Shown: positions 59,710 through 64,000 of the stretch, piece by piece
Position numbering within the stretch: the first letter of the stretch is position 1
How the letters are laid out: every line of letters starts with the position of its first letter
Origin: Podarcis erhardii
Taxonomy: Eukaryota
Assembly: GCA_964252035.1 (NCBI GenBank)
Contig: OZ176214.1
Length of the DNA stretch: 64,000 bases
Reading direction: 5' to 3' (one strand)
Translations under genes and position numbers: made by a program
Notes under the pieces: generated by a model
Databases searched by the model: none
What the model saw: the letters and a program-made list of their open reading frames with translations, nothing else
What the model was told of the DNA's origin: nothing

Positions 59710-62444
59710 CTAGCATCCAGAAGTGGTCTACCAAGTGGGACCTTGTACACTGAACTGATGACCTCCCCACCACCTTTTGCAATTGTTAATGCAATTGTCT
59801 TTAAATGTCATCATATTTTATTCTGCATGAGCGTGGTTTTACCATGGAAAAACAGCTTACAAATAAACTTACGATGCTGATGATCTTGCTTCTAGAATGA
59901 TCTCACCAGGTAGCCTTAAGCAAGCTGTTCTTTCAGCCTCAGTCCTCCCCTTTGTAATATGGAGGTTGTTATTACTGCCTACTTTATAGGGCTCTTGTGA
60001 AAATTACATGGAAATAAATGTGAAGCATCTTCAGCAGTGAAAAGCATATTATAAAATGCCAAGAGTGGTATCCAGCCAAGTTTTACTCAAAGCAGACCCA
60101 TTGAAATTAATGGACCCAATTTAGTCATGTCCATAAATTTAAGTGGGTGTACTCTGAGTAAGTTTAGCATTGAATAAAACCCCAAGCATGTAAAAGGCAA
60201 CATTCTTCAAGCAGACATCAAATAGATTACCTATTTTATAATGTTTACTTTGCTGCTAGGGCAACGGATTTTGAAAATTCTGCTTTCTAACCAGAGCAGT
60301 TGTTTTGGAAAATACTTCAGCCCGCTGGGACTGCAAAAATGGAGCAGATAAATGAGTTACCTGCCAAGGCACATTCTGTGGGGCGGCTTATGATAAAAAA
60401 TTTAAAAGGAAAGGATTCTCTTGGAGCAAGATGCCTCATTTAATTGATGGTTAGTGGCATCTTGCTGTGATGGCAAATTCAAAATAAGCAGTGCTGCAGC
60501 CCATTGTGTTATGAACTAGTAGCTGTTTAAATAAACAAAGCATTAAAGAGTACAAAGACTCACAGGCAATTAAAAAGGCATTATCCATTGTTAGTTACGA
60601 TGGTACTTGGGGACTTTAATAGTGTCCCTCCCTGGTTTCTTAAGAGGGAATACTGACACTTAGTGGAGAAACCCCAGCATTACAATTAAGCAGTTTTGAT
60701 TAAACAGGTAGTCCTATTGCCTCATGCTGTGGTACCACGGTACATCAAATATGTTATTTTATTTAGGTAGGTCACTAGTGTCATGATGTTTAAGCACCTA
60801 CTGAATACATTTTTCTTTCCAAAGGTTTTCCCTGTGGTGTGACGTCAATTTTATATCTGAAAAATAATATTTTACCCTTCCCTCTCGCTGTGGTCTAGAC
60901 AACTACTGCTACTAAATGTTGCCTCTTCCCTGAACCTCCTGTTTGTATTAAGGGGAGGAAATCCTCACTGGTGCATCTTTGGGGCTACTCCAGACCAGTG
61001 GCCCAACTCACTGCAAGGCACGTTCAAATGGATCTTTCTGGCAATGCATTAAGGACATGATTAGCAGGAAGTGAATTTGGCAAATAAAACTATGAGAAAT
61101 ATAGTTTATTTATTTTAAAATATTTTATAGTGTGTTGTTACATGTTCTCCAAAATACCGCAGAGGAAAATTGAAATGAGTTTCTTTGAGGGCTGCGCTCC
61201 TGTGAGTCCTGTGACTCATGCCAGAACATAGTCCCCCCAAATGTTTTTCTTTGGGGGCTGCAATCTTGCAGGAGCCAAAACTGGGCAACCCGGGAACCAA
61301 TCAGCCAGGATGGCTTCTGTACTTCTAGGATGTCCTGCAGAAAGTGGGACAGTTGAGGGGTACAGTATTTAGCCCATTATTTTGAAGATCCTGAACAAAT
61401 TTCACCAGCCTTTGCCAACCTGGTATTCTCCTGATATTTGGACTACAACTCCCAGACTGCAGGGCTCTCCAGTCCAAGTGCAGTTTATTTTTTGGCCAAA
61501 GAAACATAAGAAGGGAGAGCAAGCAGGGGCCTTCTAACCAGCGGTTAGAACCAGGACAATAAACTGACCAGCCCCACAGGCATCTGCAGGCTGTAGTCAT
61601 CTCCACTAGGGTGAGGTATATTTCTGTTTAAATCATACTAATTATTTCTAAATTTGCACCTATACTTATAAATCAGCACATGCAAATTTTAACTTCAAAT
61701 TGCCTTAAGTCAACCCAGCTGCACAGAGCTTGTCTGAGGCCAAGGGTAGAAGTGCGGGAGGCATGGGGCGTTCTTGGCATGACAGAATAAGCCTGGCAGG
61801 CCCTTGGCAGGGCCCCCCAGCCAGCTTAGTTGTCCAAGGCCCAGGGCAAGTGTACACAGCTGCCCTGCTCTTCACTGTCCTGCAGCTGGACTTGTGGCTT
61901 CTCCTGCTCATTCTGTTGAGTAGGGGTCCTCAACTTGTGCCCCAAAGTACTGTCCTGACTAGTGTAAAGTTTATTCAGGCACAACCCAAACTATGGATAT
62001 TGCCTGGCAGGGTTTAACCGAGTGGCAGAATCAACACTCCATCTGCATCCCTATTGAGAATATGTCCTAAGTAGAAGGTGTGTTGTTGTTGTTGTTTTGG
62101 GGAGGTGTCTGGCAAATAGCTGCAGTCTGGACCTGGTGCAGCAATTGGATTTGATGCCATGGCCGGCTCAGGTTCCAATGGAATCAGGCAAGCTCGGCCC
62201 TTTCCCATTATGCGATGCCTGATTTCAGGGTTTACCACTGGTGGGGATCCTGCCAGTTGCACTTTCACCACCCTCATGTTCCTTAAAAGGGATTGTGGGA
62301 AGGCATTGGCTTTGCATGCAGAAAGTCCCAGGCAGAGCTAGGAGTTTCGCTTGCCTGAAATCCTGGAGAGCCACTGCTAGTCACTGTGCACAGTACTGAG
62401 CTACCTGGACCAAAGGCTTGACAAGGAAGCTTCCTGTGTAGGAG

Positions 62445-62620
62445 TAACTTCAGGGGAAAGGCTATAGTTCAGCCATAAGGCACACGTTTTGCAAGGTCCC
62501 ATGTTCAATCCCTGGCACCTCCAGGTAGGGCTGGGAGTCTCCCTTGGCTGAAACATTGGTGGATCACTGCCATTCAATGTGCACAGTACAGAGCTCGATG
62601 GACCGAGGATCTCAGGAAAG
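62445..62620 (+). mobile_element. tRNA-head / CR1-tail SINE, degenerate
   Basis: ggctatagttcag...ggtcccatgttcaatccctggcacctccaggtagggctggga. Confidence 0.65.
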
Positions 62621-63825
62621 GTGGGCTATAAAGGCTATAAATGGTAAAAAGAACTCCCAATCAACTATCATTGTGAAGCTTGAATTTGTCAGTATTTGAA
62701 GACATGCGCTTTAAATATATAGTGTGTGTGCAGCCTCTGTTAGCCATGCTGGTGCATATAGGAATGCATTTTGAATAGGCCACTGCTTCAGTGTGTAAGG
62801 CAGCAGCTGTGCAAAGCAACCATAGGAGGTCACTAAGGCGCTACCTACCACAAGGGAGTGAAATATATTCTGCGTGCTGGGCAAGCTTACAGGAGCCGTG
62901 TTAGCAGTTAAACACCCACTTTTAACCTCGCTGTGATCTTGGCAAGAAAACCTCTATGCATCTATTCATTTTTCTGTTGAACTAAGAGATGCCATCAATG
63001 CATTACTTATTTTGTTCCCTGCAAAATAAGCATGCAGCTCTGCCCTTGAATCTTTGATAAGAGCTGCCCCTCATACTAAGGTAAAATTGAGTATGCATAT
63101 TGGTGTGATTGCTGCGTGTGTGTTCATTGTTGATTGAGATTTTTTTCAAAACATGCTGAGGTCAAAGGATACATGATCTACATATAGGTTTAGAAGGCTT
63201 CCTTCTGAGCTGCATGCAATATATATATACACATACACATATACATATATAGTTTTTCCAAAAATACTATATTTAATAGATTTTAAAATGCCTTTCAGGA
63301 TAAATTATCCTCCCAAAGTGATTTCAAAATAGTAAAGAAAACACCACAGTAAGGTGACATATTATTAAAACAACAAAATAATGAAACAGCATTAAAATAA
63401 CATTAGAAAAATAAAAACAATCAGATAAAAAGTTCAGCTGCAGATAAAATGACAATATTAAAAACAGCAGCATTAGATAAAACAGTTATTGAAATGCAGA
63501 AGCATAAATCATCCAAATGTCATCTGGAACAAAGCTAAAAGATCTTTGGGGCTCTCCAAAAGGCAGACAAAGAAAGAGGGCAACAAATGTATTTTTCTGG
63601 AGGTAATATTCCCCCAGATGTTCTGGCCCAGCCCAGCCACCCACTCCCTGCAGGGCAATATTACAGAATATTAGCCATATTTACCTATAGATGTGGGCGG
63701 GGCCAGCTCTATCATTAGGTACAGCAAGACAGCAAACTTAGGCAGCAGATTTTGGGAAGGGAGCAGCAACAGCTGCAGGTCAGAGCTGTTTGCCATGCAG
63801 TCTGCCCTGTGGCCAATAAGCCACC

Positions 63826-64000
63826 TTGTTGTTGTTGTTGTTTAGTCGTTTAGTCGTGTCCGACTCTTCGTGACCCCATGGACCAGAGCACGCCAGGCAC
63901 TCCTATCTTCCACTACCTCCCGCAGTTTGGTGAGACTCATGTTTGTAGCTTCAAGAACACTGTCCAACCATCTCATCCTCTGTCGTCCCCTTCTCCTTGT
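63826..64000 (-). mobile_element. BovB/RTE LINE 3' end, continuing past the window
   Basis: (ttg)n tttagtcgtttagtcgtgtccgactcttcgtgaccccatggaccagagcacgccaggcac... Confidence 0.92.

Noticed and set aside
62445-62530. tRNA-like A/B-box sequences (also near 13470-13510, 17530-17600, 46510-46590)
   Set aside because: No complete cloverleaf; each continues into the same CR1-derived tail, so they are SINE heads.

Overview
Vertebrate genomic DNA, most likely from a lacertid lizard (inferred from the Sauria-SINE, BovB and L1 repeat content), not prokaryotic. The window is dominated by CHRDL1 (chordin-like 1, a secreted BMP antagonist) on the minus strand. A CpG-island promoter/non-coding exon 1 lies near 48.2-49.1 kb. 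Ten coding exons (42835 down to 6239) have GT-AG boundaries, splice in frame to 1240 nt (413 codons + 1 nt) and encode a signal peptide, three VWC/chordin cysteine-rich domains and an RGD motif. I could not find the terminal coding exon, which should lie left of base 1. The rest is intron/intergenic DNA full of transposons. The most unusual object is at 1-4368: a Ngaro-type tyrosine-recombinase retrotransposon, antisense in the last visible intron. Its RT/RNaseH/YR ORFs are badly decayed, but its 424-bp B repeats appear identical. It carries two successive SGNH-hydrolase-like segments separated by a cryptic diverged copy of the B repeat, suggesting an old/young chimera. It has a palindromic att-like junction (AACACGC-AAA-GCGTGTT) and is inserted at an AAA inside the dimerization domain of an internally deleted hAT transposon. 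Other notable items: a hAT MITE nested in its own family at a telomere-like motif, a 1.7-kb non-autonomous L1-like element with both ends and an 18-bp TSD, a NAGNAG acceptor that would toggle the CHRDL1 RGD motif, and a facing (GA)n/(TC)n pair in intron 1. All calls are by eye and from recall of the families; no database search was run.
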